Below are positions 25,212 to 34,828 of a DNA stretch of 46,195 nucleotides, in pieces; positions within the stretch are counted from its first letter, which is position 1; each line of letters opens with the position of its first letter. Where the stretch lies: the IMG/VR virus record IMGVR_UViG_3300037790_000023, positions 1 through 46,195 of that record, one strand, 5' to 3'. This DNA comes from a virus. Its lineage: Duplodnaviria > Caudoviricetes. The translations under genes and the position numbers were made by a program. The notes beneath the pieces were generated by a model. The model saw nothing but the letters and a program-made list of their open reading frames with translations, did not search any database and was not told where the DNA came from.

Positions 25212-25837
25212 TAAACCAGTAAAAATTCACCTAATGTTTGGATGTCGGCATCTGTCAAATCTTCGCCCGCTTCATATCTTTTTAAGATAGATTCCACGGC
25301 TAAATTTTCATCTTTCTTTTTCACGGCATCCGCGAAATATCCTTCAATGCTAAATCCTTTAACCTTACCCGTTTTTACATACCCCTCCCAAATCTCATCA
25401 TTCAAAACCTTCATTGATACCATCCATGTTCCTTCTGGGTACTCTAAACCGTAGGCTTTGGATTTATCATTCTTAGGGTCGTCAATTATCCAGCTCTCCA
25501 CCAAGCACAAGCCCTGCAATTCTATTTCATGCTCTAAAGTAGATCGGCTTTGCCTGTTTAAAATTAGATACATTTCAGAGGCTTTGCGTACAGTGTCGCG
25601 ATTAAAGAAGATATGAAACGGCTCACCCTCCTCATCCATGCGAATGATAGCTTTATTGGGTATAAGGGCTGGCCCCATTAATACGCGCCTTTCCTTTTTT
25701 ACCTCGGCAAACTTCACCTCATAATCTTTACTGAGGGCTATAAAATCCTCTTCTATTGCTGGATGTTCAACAATACTAATAGCGTGTATTCCTGTTCGGA
25801 AATCGCTATCATCGAGTATCATTTCAACTAATTTCAT
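25211..25837 (-). CDS. XkdF-like prohead serine protease
   Basis: AISIVEHPAIE, LMGPALIP, ESWI, GTW, VKGFSIEG. Confidence 0.8.
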   Translation of the reverse strand: MKLVEMILDDSDFRTGIHAISIVEHPAIEEDFIALSKDYEVKFAEVKKERRVLMGPALIPNKAIIRMDEEGEPFHIFFNRDTVRKASEMYLILNRQSRSTLEHEIELQGLCLVESWIIDDPKNDKSKAYGLEYPEGTWMVSMKVLNDEIWEGYVKTGKVKGFSIEGYFADAVKKKDENLAVESILKRYEAGEDLTDADIQTLGEFLLV

Positions 25838-25849
25838 AACTTCTTTTAA

Positions 25850-25877
25850 AATTAACGGTCTATATACCCATTGTTAG
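25850..25877 (-). promoter_or_regulatory. Putative late promoter
   Basis: CTAACA-N14-CGTTAATT. Confidence 0.75.
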
Positions 25878-27625
25878 AAAGTCGCGTTTGATGCTATCTT
25901 TCTGTCTAATTCCTGCTCACTTGAAACTTCACTACCTACCACATAGGATTTTTGGGGCTGGTTATTCCTTGTGTTTATGCTATCATTTATTTGATTCAAT
26001 TGATTATTGCCCCCCGTAAGGTTGAATTGTGGAGCAACAGGAGCAGATGCCGCCCCCGCTGCGGAAGGAACAGCACTTGAAGCAGAACCACCCCCACTAC
26101 CACTTGCGTAAGAGGCTAATTTTCCTGATGGCTTAGGGGTTTTAGCTGATACTATATTTTTAACATTAGCTAAACCAGCAGCTACAGCTACAGCGGCAGC
26201 CACGGGGCCCAGAACCCAACCAACCACAGAAATAGCACTCGCAGAAGAGTAAGCGGCAACAGCGGCCTGATAAGTTTGAATAGTAGCAGCGGCAACAGCC
26301 AAACCTTTTGCAAGGTCTGAACCCTCAGCGGCCAATCCAGCAGCAGCACCTAAAGCACCACCAACAATGTTTAGTTTTGCGTTTTCCTCGGCCTGTTTCT
26401 TTTGTATGGCGGCTTGCGCTAATTGGTCTTGGTAATCAGCATACTTTTTATTTATACTCGAAAGGGCTGCGGTTTTTTGGGCTTCAATTCCCGCGGTTTC
26501 TTCTCCGTAATATTCCGCTAATTCAAGTAATCTATCATACTTCTGAGCCTCCAAAGCTATCTCCCTTTCCTGCTCTGACATTTGCACCTCGGCTAACAAC
26601 TCGCGGTCTAGTGCTTCCCTTTCTAATCGTGCTTGACGTTGCTCCTCTTCCATTTCAAGCTCGGCAATCATGTCGTCAAGCCTTTTGTTCCTTTCTTCCT
26701 GCCTTTTTGCTTCTCGCTCTTGCTCAATCTCCCATGCCGCCTCTGCGTTGGCTTGTGCTTCCCTATTTAATCCGTTTAGCTTATTGTTTAGCTCTATCTG
26801 CTTGGTGGTAGATTGCTGCCTTAATTCTGATAATCTCACCTCTGCATCTGCAAGGGCTTGATTCTCTTCTATGCTATTTTCTGCAAATTCTGATTGTGCT
26901 TTAAGTATTCGCACTTTTTCAGCTTGCAGGGCTATATCTTTTTGTAGGAACTCCTGCTCTAAAGCTAGGGCTGCTTTTGCTGCCTCGCTCCTTTCTTGTA
27001 TGGTTCGGGTAGTATCTTCCGCTAAAAACTTTTGCCGCTCAATTTCAGCATTAGCCTTCGCGCGCTCTACATTTAACTGCCTTTCTCTTATTTCAAGGTC
27101 GTTAAGTGCTTTTTGTAATTCATATGCTCCTTTTGTTTCTCTTGCAATCTCATCACCAAGCCCAGAAAAAGCACCTTTCAACTTTTCTACACCCCCTGAG
27201 AAATCACCTGATAAAAGAGATAGCAACCCATCACCTAAAGCTAAAACCCTATCTATAACCACCCTTACAGCGGCTCCCATTGCTGCAAATGCTTCTTTAA
27301 GTCTATTTGCGCCTGATTCTGTTTTATTGAAATAAGATACAAGTGATGTTATGGTTAAAAGCAATGCTCCTATACCTGTAGCTGCAATAGCGAATTTCAA
27401 AGACTTCATTGCGCCAACTCCCGACTTAGCCCCTGACACAAGATTTTTAAATCCTGATACCGCGCCATTCGTCATGTCATCGAGCTTGCCTACAAGCCCA
27501 TCCATTGACTTGTTAGTATCTTCTACAGACTTATCTACCTTTTTAAATCCCTTGTTTAGGTTCTCAGTAGATTTTACAGCCTGACCATCGTTAACTACTA
27601 CATCTATTATTGCCTTCTTGCCCAT
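25874..27625 (-). CDS. Tape-measure-like protein
   Basis: AIAATGIGALL segment, long coiled coil, Ala-rich hydrophobic C-terminal region. Confidence 0.75.
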   Translation of the reverse strand: MGKKAIIDVVVNDGQAVKSTENLNKGFKKVDKSVEDTNKSMDGLVGKLDDMTNGAVSGFKNLVSGAKSGVGAMKSLKFAIAATGIGALLLTITSLVSYFNKTESGANRLKEAFAAMGAAVRVVIDRVLALGDGLLSLLSGDFSGGVEKLKGAFSGLGDEIARETKGAYELQKALNDLEIRERQLNVERAKANAEIERQKFLAEDTTRTIQERSEAAKAALALEQEFLQKDIALQAEKVRILKAQSEFAENSIEENQALADAEVRLSELRQQSTTKQIELNNKLNGLNREAQANAEAAWEIEQEREAKRQEERNKRLDDMIAELEMEEEQRQARLEREALDRELLAEVQMSEQEREIALEAQKYDRLLELAEYYGEETAGIEAQKTAALSSINKKYADYQDQLAQAAIQKKQAEENAKLNIVGGALGAAAGLAAEGSDLAKGLAVAAATIQTYQAAVAAYSSASAISVVGWVLGPVAAAVAVAAGLANVKNIVSAKTPKPSGKLASYASGSGGGSASSAVPSAAGAASAPVAPQFNLTGGNNQLNQINDSINTRNNQPQKSYVVGSEVSSEQELDRKIASNATF

Positions 27626-27762
27626 TGCCTTTTGATGTGTATTATCATTTCTTTGAAGCTCTTAGGGATAGCGTGTAGCCCTTTGGCTATGTCTATATTT
27701 TCCGACACTCCAATAGCTTTATTATTCGATAGGATGGCATGAATGTTTTTAAAATCTATCAT
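27607..27762 (-). CDS. Small hypothetical protein (not in the ORF track)
   Basis: MIDFKNIH...ENIDIAKG...WARRQ, 51 aa; overlaps both neighbours. Confidence 0.55.
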   Translation of the reverse strand: MIDFKNIHAILSNNKAIGVSENIDIAKGLHAIPKSFKEMIIHIKRQWARRQ

Positions 27763-30005
27763 TCGGCTGGTGGGTTAAAGTTTATAACATAGTTTGTGCT
27801 TGGCAATCGTGTGGGTTTGCCTTTGGAAATCTCAAGCCTCATCGTTGGGGTGGCGGCCTTTCTCCAAACTCCCCCGTTCAGGTTGTATAAATCATCCGTA
27901 TTCCCTACACCTTGCGCGCTGGTCATTGACACTCCTCCTCCAGCAGATGAGCCTGAAACTGTTCTGTATGTTTTATCTCTAAAGAATACCGATAATTCTA
28001 AGTCTGCCATCTTTGATGAGAGGTCGTATTTTAGAGAATCAATCGTGTAATAGTGGCCATTGAAGAAAATATTATCACTCATTTCTAAAGTGTGATATTC
28101 TGCTAATGACAAATACACCTTAACCTTTAAAGACCGTTGTTGTGGGTCAAATACCCTTTGAACGTATGTGTTGTAAAACTCCTGATATAATGTTTTTACC
28201 GCTGGTATACCTCTTGTTGGCTCTTCAATTGAAAAGTTTAAACTTTCGGTTGAAGCAATTCCTGAAACGTCTGTAAACATAGATACATAAGGGGCGGTGT
28301 ACATTGTGGTAAATGTTGCCAGCCCTGATGCATCTACTCCGTTTTGCATCTCAAAAGGTGATGTAGATAATATTTGGTTTTGGTCGTAATAGAATATTCT
28401 GGGAATATCAACCATTGGCTTATTTTCGTCATCCAACATTCGCAATGTGTGAATATTAGTATTGGCTACTACCGTACCTGATGCATCTTGGTCAACCATT
28501 TCAACAGGTATCGTTGGCCCAAAGTCAACACTTACCTCTAATGAATCTTTGGCATATTCTATTTCTGGTGAAAAAAGGGTACTCCCATATTTTCTACCGA
28601 ATGTCTTTTCAAAGAATTTTGATACCGCGTCCTCTGTATCTCCATACTCAAAACTTATATCCCCGAAAATATCAGGCTTGCTTAATTCTATCTGGTCTAT
28701 ATCAATGATGTTTTCCCAATTCTTTATCGCTCCATTTTGATAGAAGTCGTTTTTATTTTCAATTATAAAATGTGTTTCTGATTCAGGATATATCAGTAAA
28801 TTAAACATCCTGATTATGGAGTTCATAAAATCTACAACCTTTACCTTTTTAGGCAAATTAGCTGTCATGTCTATCACCTCATTATAAATAAATAAAGGGT
28901 AGTAGTCAGTTGTAAAGGTGTGGCTAAAGTCACATGGCTGGTCAACCTCTGCATAAAACCTAAGCTCCTGCCCTGCGTATAAATAGGCATTTATAGTCTT
29001 AACTATACCATAAGGGCCGGGAGGTGATGAGTATGTATTTGAACCTAAATTTATTAATGCCCCGCCATCTACTGAGTAATACAAAGTCATTGTAACAGGT
29101 AATGAGGGAGCGATAGCCCTGCCGAATAGATTAAATTGATAGTTGCCTGTATTTGGTACTACGTACTTATCATTTACAAAATCAAAGTTTCCATTATTAT
29201 CAATCGCTTGAGAGGCATCCCAATCTAAAAGAAAAGCCCCTGCACTTCTTGTTGTAGTTCCGTAGCATTGGGTGTAATTATCGATAAGGTTTTCATCCGA
29301 GCGAAGGTCGCCCGCCTCCCTATGCATCAACATATAGGTGTTATAAAAAATACCTGACGTATCTATTATTGAAGATTCATAGGTAAAACCGTAGTGGTCA
29401 AATATTTTATCCCATATATATTTTAATCGCACAGCGGGCTTTAGTTCAGTAACTAAAATTCCATCCGTATAAATATTTCTTTGGTCGCCTGTTATGGTGG
29501 TTGAGTATATCCACCCCCTTTGCAGGTCGGTCATTGGGTATACAACATTCCCACTTAACAAGCCTTGCACCCAGCTTAAAGTAATATTGGGTTGTGTTAC
29601 CGCGTGGTCTAATGCTGATAAATCCAATACATCAAGCGTATCACTTCCAAAAACATTTTTTAGCTCTGATACCTGACCATAAAACACCACCTTATAGGAT
29701 GATGGTCTATGCTTCTTTGTGCTTACCGATAATAACTCTACATTGCCATAATCTACAACCACACCATCTGCCTCTAAATAAGCGGGTACTTTTTGCTGAG
29801 GGTCGAATACTCCGCTTACGTCAATATTGTAGTAGTGGCTAAATATGGAATTGTTAATGGGAGTAGCGGGAAGTGTAAATGACTTTGTGAAGTTGGAAAA
29901 GACCTTTGATATATCTTTAAAGTCGGTAATCTTTTTTGTGAGCCTGATACTTTCATCTGCATACATATCACACTTCACATTATTTATGTAAAGTACTGCG
30001 CTCAT
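27759..30005 (-). CDS. Tail tip/hub-like structural protein
   Basis: 748 aa; FTKSFTLPAT..N..IF motif; position in the tail module. Confidence 0.65.
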   Translation of the reverse strand: MSAVLYINNVKCDMYADESIRLTKKITDFKDISKVFSNFTKSFTLPATPINNSIFSHYYNIDVSGVFDPQQKVPAYLEADGVVVDYGNVELLSVSTKKHRPSSYKVVFYGQVSELKNVFGSDTLDVLDLSALDHAVTQPNITLSWVQGLLSGNVVYPMTDLQRGWIYSTTITGDQRNIYTDGILVTELKPAVRLKYIWDKIFDHYGFTYESSIIDTSGIFYNTYMLMHREAGDLRSDENLIDNYTQCYGTTTRSAGAFLLDWDASQAIDNNGNFDFVNDKYVVPNTGNYQFNLFGRAIAPSLPVTMTLYYSVDGGALINLGSNTYSSPPGPYGIVKTINAYLYAGQELRFYAEVDQPCDFSHTFTTDYYPLFIYNEVIDMTANLPKKVKVVDFMNSIIRMFNLLIYPESETHFIIENKNDFYQNGAIKNWENIIDIDQIELSKPDIFGDISFEYGDTEDAVSKFFEKTFGRKYGSTLFSPEIEYAKDSLEVSVDFGPTIPVEMVDQDASGTVVANTNIHTLRMLDDENKPMVDIPRIFYYDQNQILSTSPFEMQNGVDASGLATFTTMYTAPYVSMFTDVSGIASTESLNFSIEEPTRGIPAVKTLYQEFYNTYVQRVFDPQQRSLKVKVYLSLAEYHTLEMSDNIFFNGHYYTIDSLKYDLSSKMADLELSVFFRDKTYRTVSGSSAGGGVSMTSAQGVGNTDDLYNLNGGVWRKAATPTMRLEISKGKPTRLPSTNYVINFNPPAE

Positions 30006-31177
30006 CGTATAGAGTTTACTATATTAAAAGATGGCTCAAAATTGAGTGTGTAGTTTATGTTTCTATCTGTAACTGACTTCTTAATTTCTTCACTGGTGTT
30101 TTTTAGCCTGTAGGGTAGTAATTGACCTGTGCCATTCTCTATAAGTATCTGCTCACTCATCATTAATTGAGTGATAAGAATACCTAACCCCTCACCCTGA
30201 AATCCTGTGTTTAAGGTTAAAGATTCCATCCCATCAACATTGTAATCTTTTACGCTATGCTTTTCTGTGGAATAGGTTATCGAACTACTTGAAAATTGCG
30301 CTATGTTCCTGTGGAAATCTTCTGATTCGCGCCTAACTGTAGATGATGAACGTTTATTACATAGTATGAAATCCCATACACCGTATCTGTTTACAAACCA
30401 AACCTGAAACACCTCATATTTTGGTTCGCATACCAAATGCACATTGTACGCTTTTAGAACATTATCCGAGGCATCTAGTATGTTTAAAGTATAATCTCTT
30501 GTTAAATCTAAACCTGTGGTTGCACTCGATAGGTAACTGGGCTTTATAGGGAAATACTTAATCCTGTCCGCGCTATTTGTAGGTGATGTGTTGATAGATA
30601 TAGAATCGCTCGCCCCTGTATAATCAATAACATCTACCCCTCTGACTACTCCTGTAGCTTCCTGAAAAAATGGGAGTGTTGAAACTTTATCAGGGTGAAT
30701 ATAAACATCCGTTGGCCTATCTGTAAGGGCATATTGTGGAGGTGTTGCCCCTGATGTTTTCTTTGCGTTTACCCCTTCTGTAAATAAACTATATCCGTAT
30801 GTACTCGTAAACCGTGTTCCTGTAGTGTTGGCTATACTATCCCCTGAATCAGAAGTGTACCCAGCTTTTACTAAAACATTTACAGAGGTAGTGCCGCCCG
30901 ACCTGAATGTGTTGGTTGTGTTGATGGTTGTTAGTTGCGTAATGTACTCCGCAATGAAGTCTTTTATATCGAATGTCGCTCGGTTTGATGGGGCTGGTGG
31001 GCGTGATAATCTATAGGTTCTTGTAGCTGGTACGCTTGCATCTGCCCCATGCCATATAAACACATCCAGCACATACTTAAAGTTTGTGTTGTTATATGCC
31101 GCGTCATAAAGCGTAATGATTACGGGTGATTTACAAAGTGCTAAAACACTCGGCTGCTGTGCTATCGTTGTTGCCAT
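30002..31177 (-). CDS. Distal-tail-like structural protein
   Basis: 391 aa; FVNRYGVWD and LTLNTG motifs. Confidence 0.6.
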   Translation of the reverse strand: MATTIAQQPSVLALCKSPVIITLYDAAYNNTNFKYVLDVFIWHGADASVPATRTYRLSRPPAPSNRATFDIKDFIAEYITQLTTINTTNTFRSGGTTSVNVLVKAGYTSDSGDSIANTTGTRFTSTYGYSLFTEGVNAKKTSGATPPQYALTDRPTDVYIHPDKVSTLPFFQEATGVVRGVDVIDYTGASDSISINTSPTNSADRIKYFPIKPSYLSSATTGLDLTRDYTLNILDASDNVLKAYNVHLVCEPKYEVFQVWFVNRYGVWDFILCNKRSSSTVRRESEDFHRNIAQFSSSSITYSTEKHSVKDYNVDGMESLTLNTGFQGEGLGILITQLMMSEQILIENGTGQLLPYRLKNTSEEIKKSVTDRNINYTLNFEPSFNIVNSIR

Positions 31178-31182
31178 TAATT

Positions 31183-31210
31183 AATTAACGGCTTATAAAG
31201 GGTTTGTTAG
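31183..31210 (-). promoter_or_regulatory. Putative late promoter
   Basis: CTAACA-N14-CGTTAATT, 5 nt before ATG. Confidence 0.75.
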
Positions 31211-31215
31211 GGTGC

Positions 31216-31252
31216 AAAAAAAACCGTGAGACTTGCAGTTATCCCACGGCTT
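31216..31252 (-). terminator. Terminator after the moron operon
   Basis: ccgtg...cacgg stem with A8 tract on the plus strand. Confidence 0.65.
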
Positions 31253-31307
31253 TGATCTAACCAATTAACTAAAACTAAACCTTATGACGGAGCTAATATA
31301 GTAATAA

Positions 31308-31490
31308 TTACTGAATCACTCGCTTTTTAAACTTTGTTTTTATAAAATCATATCCCTTGTAGGTAAAGGGGTATTTCTTGCCCTTTAACGTGTGATAGCT
31401 AAACTCAGGGTAGTTTGAACATATCTCGGTTAAACTACCCCATGTTTCGTACTGGTTGTCTTTGTATAGGATTATGATGTTTTGGTACAT
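31308..31490 (-). CDS. Small hypothetical, possibly DNA-binding
   Basis: 60 aa; TWGSLTEIC...FSYHTLK. Confidence 0.65.
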   Translation of the reverse strand: MYQNIIILYKDNQYETWGSLTEICSNYPEFSYHTLKGKKYPFTYKGYDFIKTKFKKRVIQ

Positions 31491-31493
31491 TGG

Positions 31494-31784
31494 TTACTGA
31501 AAGGAGTTGATAGATTCTATAAAACCAGCATTCTTAAGCCTACGCATAGCGTCCATTTCCTTAGAGTTACAAGGCCAAATAAGAAATCCGTTTTCATCGC
31601 ACCACCATTGACCTGTATTAGTTACAACTACTGACCAATCTTTATTTAGCTTTTCTATAACAGATTTATTATCTGCCACTTGCTCTCGCTCTATATGCTT
31701 TAATTGCCTTTGTCGCTCAAGGGCTTGCTGTAGTTCTATTTGCAAGCCCTTTATTTCATTTTTAATAGTTTCTACGCTTCGCAT
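31494..31784 (-). CDS. Hypothetical protein
   Basis: 96 aa, coupled in a mini-operon. Confidence 0.65.
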   Translation of the reverse strand: MRSVETIKNEIKGLQIELQQALERQRQLKHIEREQVADNKSVIEKLNKDWSVVVTNTGQWWCDENGFLIWPCNSKEMDAMRRLKNAGFIESINSFQ

Positions 31785-31966
31785 AGCTCAAACATCATTT
31801 CTAATTGATTAAGCCTTTTTTGCTCTTTGTATGTAGTCCACTCATTAAATATTTCATCCCAAATGTAAACTGTTTCTCCGTGAAACTTCACCATTTTTTC
31901 AAGCTCTTGAAGGCTATTTACAGTTACGTTTGTTGAATTGTCTTTTAGGTTTGTTGCGATTGTCAT
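31772..31966 (-). CDS. Hypothetical protein
   Basis: 64 aa; TATCTTTA promoter-like element ~25 nt upstream. Confidence 0.65.
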   Translation of the reverse strand: MTIATNLKDNSTNVTVNSLQELEKMVKFHGETVYIWDEIFNEWTTYKEQKRLNQLEMMFELCEA

Positions 31967-32113
31967 AATTCTTTGCTTTTAATTATGGCGTAAAGATAAG
32001 TAACTATTCCGAATACGCAAGTAAAAAGTAGAAATATTTTAAAAATCTTTCCGTGAAAACACTTTTGGGGTGACCTTTTTACGGCTTATTAATAAAGGTG
32101 TAAATTTGATACC

Positions 32114-32392
32114 ATGAAAAAAGTAATAATACTATTATCAGCCTTCGCTTTATTTGCCTGTGAAAAATCTACAGAAACAAAGGACATACTAGAGCAGCCC
32201 GAAACGGTTGACACTAAATGTGATTGCTACGTGTACGAGTTGAAGTCTGAAATAAGAATGGTGAACGGTAAACCTGTACAGGCTGTAAAGTGGGAACAGG
32301 GCAGGTATTGGGGTGATGACTGCTCAGACGATGGATATACGTTTCAAGAGAATGGCGGAGAATCTAGGCAAGTTCGTTGTACTGAGATTTAA
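32114..32392 (+). CDS. Counter-oriented lipoprotein (moron)
   Basis: Lipobox ALFAC; TAAATTTG promoter at 32101-32108. Confidence 0.8.
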   Translation: MKKVIILLSAFALFACEKSTETKDILEQPETVDTKCDCYVYELKSEIRMVNGKPVQAVKWEQGRYWGDDCSDDGYTFQENGGESRQVRCTEI

Positions 32393-32586
32393 TTCCAGCC
32401 TGCATCTATAATCTCTTTGCATTTTAAACACAATTTTGCTGTTTTAACCTCTTTTGTTTTGGTGGGTGATGATACATACATCTGCCAAAATTCCCCATGT
32501 ATTAACGTTTCGCACTTTTTACACTCTACCCCCTCACCTTTTTCTAACCGCCAATCGGTTTTTATGGTGAGGGTTATTTTTTTCAT
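32389..32586 (-). CDS. Small zinc-finger-like protein
   Basis: CKKC...CLKC; ATGA overlap with the upstream gene. Confidence 0.6.
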   Translation of the reverse strand: MKKITLTIKTDWRLEKGEGVECKKCETLIHGEFWQMYVSSPTKTKEVKTAKLCLKCKEIIDAGWN

Positions 32587-33119
32587 GCATCTACAAACTT
32601 AATATTCTCAAACTTAGAAGTTGTAAATTTAAGAAATTGCTCGACATCTAAGGCATAAGCAGCGGCCATTTCATCAGGTAATTTCTGGAAGTTCTTTTCA
32701 AAGGGGTCTGTAAAGAAATTAGTAGGCTCTATTCCCTTTTCTTTTATCTTTCGATTAATCAGATAGGCTAATGACTGGTAAGCCTGTGGTGTGGCTTTTA
32801 CGAACTTTCCGTACTTATCTCTTGGCTTAATGGGTTTAGTTTTTACCCATTGTAGTATTTTTTTAGGAGGTGCGCCCTTACCTGCCTTTCGCCCAGCATC
32901 TACCCACTCCCCGTAATCTTCCATTATCATTTCAAGACTAAAGGAGTTCTTTGATACTTTCAGGGCATAGGCTAATGATTCTCTTAACTTACCTGTGTTG
33001 TCAATCCTTCGCCTCTTGCCTTTAACGTTCTTATACGAGCCGAGATTAAGCCGCGAACGCTTTAATACTTCATCTGCAAAAGCTCTTAGTGCCTTTTCTG
33101 TAGAGTGAGCGTCTAACAT
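32583..33119 (-). CDS. Neck/tail completion protein (HK97 gp10-like)
   Basis: NTGKLRESL, YGEWVDAGR, GIEPTNFF. Confidence 0.65.
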   Translation of the reverse strand: MLDAHSTEKALRAFADEVLKRSRLNLGSYKNVKGKRRRIDNTGKLRESLAYALKVSKNSFSLEMIMEDYGEWVDAGRKAGKGAPPKKILQWVKTKPIKPRDKYGKFVKATPQAYQSLAYLINRKIKEKGIEPTNFFTDPFEKNFQKLPDEMAAAYALDVEQFLKFTTSKFENIKFVDA

Positions 33120-33583
33120 ATAGGATTATCAAAAGGAACATCTATGCTAACAGTCATAAGCCATCCAGCTATACCATTAGCATACGCGTCTTTTATCGCT
33201 TCTAAAGATGGGTCTGATTCAATTCTAAACAAGGTATTGTAACCATCACCCCTGCGAAAATAAGATACCGTTTCAACGGCTATTTGTTCCATATTGTGAA
33301 ATACGTCTTGCTCGTTGTTATTCCCATAAGCGGGTTCTAATCTTGTGCGTGTATCTTGCTTAGAGTAGTCTACTAAGTCTAAAAACCGAACCTCCAAATT
33401 ATAAGATATTGACCTTTCGCCTATGGTAGAGGTTTCAAGTGTGGTGTGAATGAGCGGGTATATAGACTGTTTATTCAAATCTATTTCAAACGTATCACCA
33501 ATAGATATAGTGTTCACGTCCCCCCGACCTTGCCAGTACTTTCTTAGTGTATCTGTAAGTTGATAGAATCCCGCTCTTGCCAT
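33113..33583 (-). CDS. Tail terminator-like protein
   Basis: YPLIH...IAGW motifs; size and position. Confidence 0.55.
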   Translation of the reverse strand: MARAGFYQLTDTLRKYWQGRGDVNTISIGDTFEIDLNKQSIYPLIHTTLETSTIGERSISYNLEVRFLDLVDYSKQDTRTRLEPAYGNNNEQDVFHNMEQIAVETVSYFRRGDGYNTLFRIESDPSLEAIKDAYANGIAGWLMTVSIDVPFDNPIC

Positions 33584-33825
33584 TACTTACCGTTTATGAA
33601 TACACTTGCTAAATGCTCTTTTCTGTCAGCTAATTTGCCGTTAACTCTAATCCTGCGATTGCCATAGGTTAGTATTGAATCCTGCCCAACCTGTGAAAAC
33701 TCAACACCCTCTGGTAGTTGCTCAACAAGGCTTTTTTCTTTAGGCTGCGAAACTTTCTTTTCCACCTTTGCAGATTCAACCTCATTACTTTCTTCTACCT
33801 TCTTTACTACTTTCTTTGCCATCAC
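33583..33825 (-). CDS. Small charged hypothetical protein
   Basis: 80 aa, coupled to neighbours. Confidence 0.6.
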   Translation of the reverse strand: MMAKKVVKKVEESNEVESAKVEKKVSQPKEKSLVEQLPEGVEFSQVGQDSILTYGNRRIRVNGKLADRKEHLASVFINGK

Positions 33826-34076
33826 TTTGATTTTAATATTTGACGTTCTAATTTATCCTTGTCCGCGTTATAAGCTAACCAAGTTAATACCTGAAACAAT
33901 TGGGTTTTACCTATAGCTTCATACTTGGTAATATCGTTATTAGCTGCCGCGTTAATAGTTCCATACCATCCCCATTTTTCGGAGAAGTTTTTACGCTTGT
34001 CTGCGTGTTTGTCGATTTCTTGGCTTTCTCCGAAGAGTTCAGGATATAACTCGATAGTTCGATTCCTAAATTCCAA
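33822..34076 (-). CDS. -1 frameshift extension of the upstream chaperone-like gene
   Basis: No ATG; begins at a T9 run, in the -1 frame relative to 33911-34582. Confidence 0.7.
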   Translation of the reverse strand: MEFRNRTIELYPELFGESQEIDKHADKRKNFSEKWGWYGTINAAANNDITKYEAIGKTQLFQVLTWLAYNADKDKLERQILKSK

Positions 34077-34582
34077 AAAAAAACCTGCGCCCCTAAATAA
34101 ACAGATAGCGGGGCTTTTTTCATTATGTCCGCTGTTTGGCTTGTACCATTGTAAAAAGCTATGTCGTACAGGTCTTTATGCGTTCTTGTTATTGGCCTGT
34201 ACATTACAGCCATTGCTTTATGAGCGTTGGAAATATCGTTTATGTATTGGTCAAGGTCTGCGTATTCATCCGTGGTAATGTCGTCCAACTTAGGAATAAA
34301 ACCATACTCTACACCATCCATTTTAAACCGTTGCTGAAAGGGTTGAACCTTTCCAAATGCGTCACCTATTCGGTTTAGTAGGTCATTTAATTGGTGTGCT
34401 TTGGTTTGAGGTTGGATGTCATAAGGTAGTCCGCAGAATATCTTTAGAGCGTGACTATTTTGAGTGCGCTCATCTATTGTAGGGCTTCCATTTTCATCTA
34501 CCTTTAACTTTGATTGGTAGTCTTGAAATTGACCTACTGTAATATCATCCAGCGATTCTATTAGATTAACTTCTACCTTCAT
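33911..34582 (-). CDS. Tail assembly chaperone-like protein
   Basis: DDITVGQF / DDITTDEY internal repeat; slippery site. Confidence 0.6.
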   Translation of the reverse strand: MKVEVNLIESLDDITVGQFQDYQSKLKVDENGSPTIDERTQNSHALKIFCGLPYDIQPQTKAHQLNDLLNRIGDAFGKVQPFQQRFKMDGVEYGFIPKLDDITTDEYADLDQYINDISNAHKAMAVMYRPITRTHKDLYDIAFYNGTSQTADIMKKAPLSVYLGAQVFFWNLGIELSSYILNSSEKAKKSTNTQTSVKTSPKNGDGMELLTRQLITILPSMKL

Positions 34583-34587
34583 TGATT

Positions 34588-34615
34588 AATTAACGGATTA
34601 AGAGGGGTTTGTTAG
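34588..34615 (-). promoter_or_regulatory. Putative late promoter
   Basis: CTAACA-N14-CGTTAATT, 5 nt before ATG. Confidence 0.75.
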
Positions 34616-34616
34616 T

Positions 34617-34826
34617 TTAATCTGGTTCTACTTCGCCATCGTTCCAAATCTCCCATTTAAGATTTTTAACTATGGACTCTGTTTGAGCATCAAAAATATT
34701 AGCCCAATCATCGTTTTGATTAACATTATCAATAGCATCTTCAATTGAATCAAAAGAACCTTTATAGTCCCTTGCCCCTCCCTTTGGGTAATAGTTGGTT
34801 CCTGTGAATAATAAATATCTTTTCAT
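34617..34826 (-). CDS. Small hypothetical phage protein
   Basis: YLLF..NYYPKGG..D motif. Confidence 0.7.
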   Translation of the reverse strand: MKRYLLFTGTNYYPKGGARDYKGSFDSIEDAIDNVNQNDDWANIFDAQTESIVKNLKWEIWNDGEVEPD

Positions 34827-34828
34827 AG

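Noticed and set aside
22136-34615. TAAC-N-GTTA late motifs as mini attC sites
   Set aside because: The 14 nt spacers are not self-complementary, and their fixed spacing and position before start codons fit promoters
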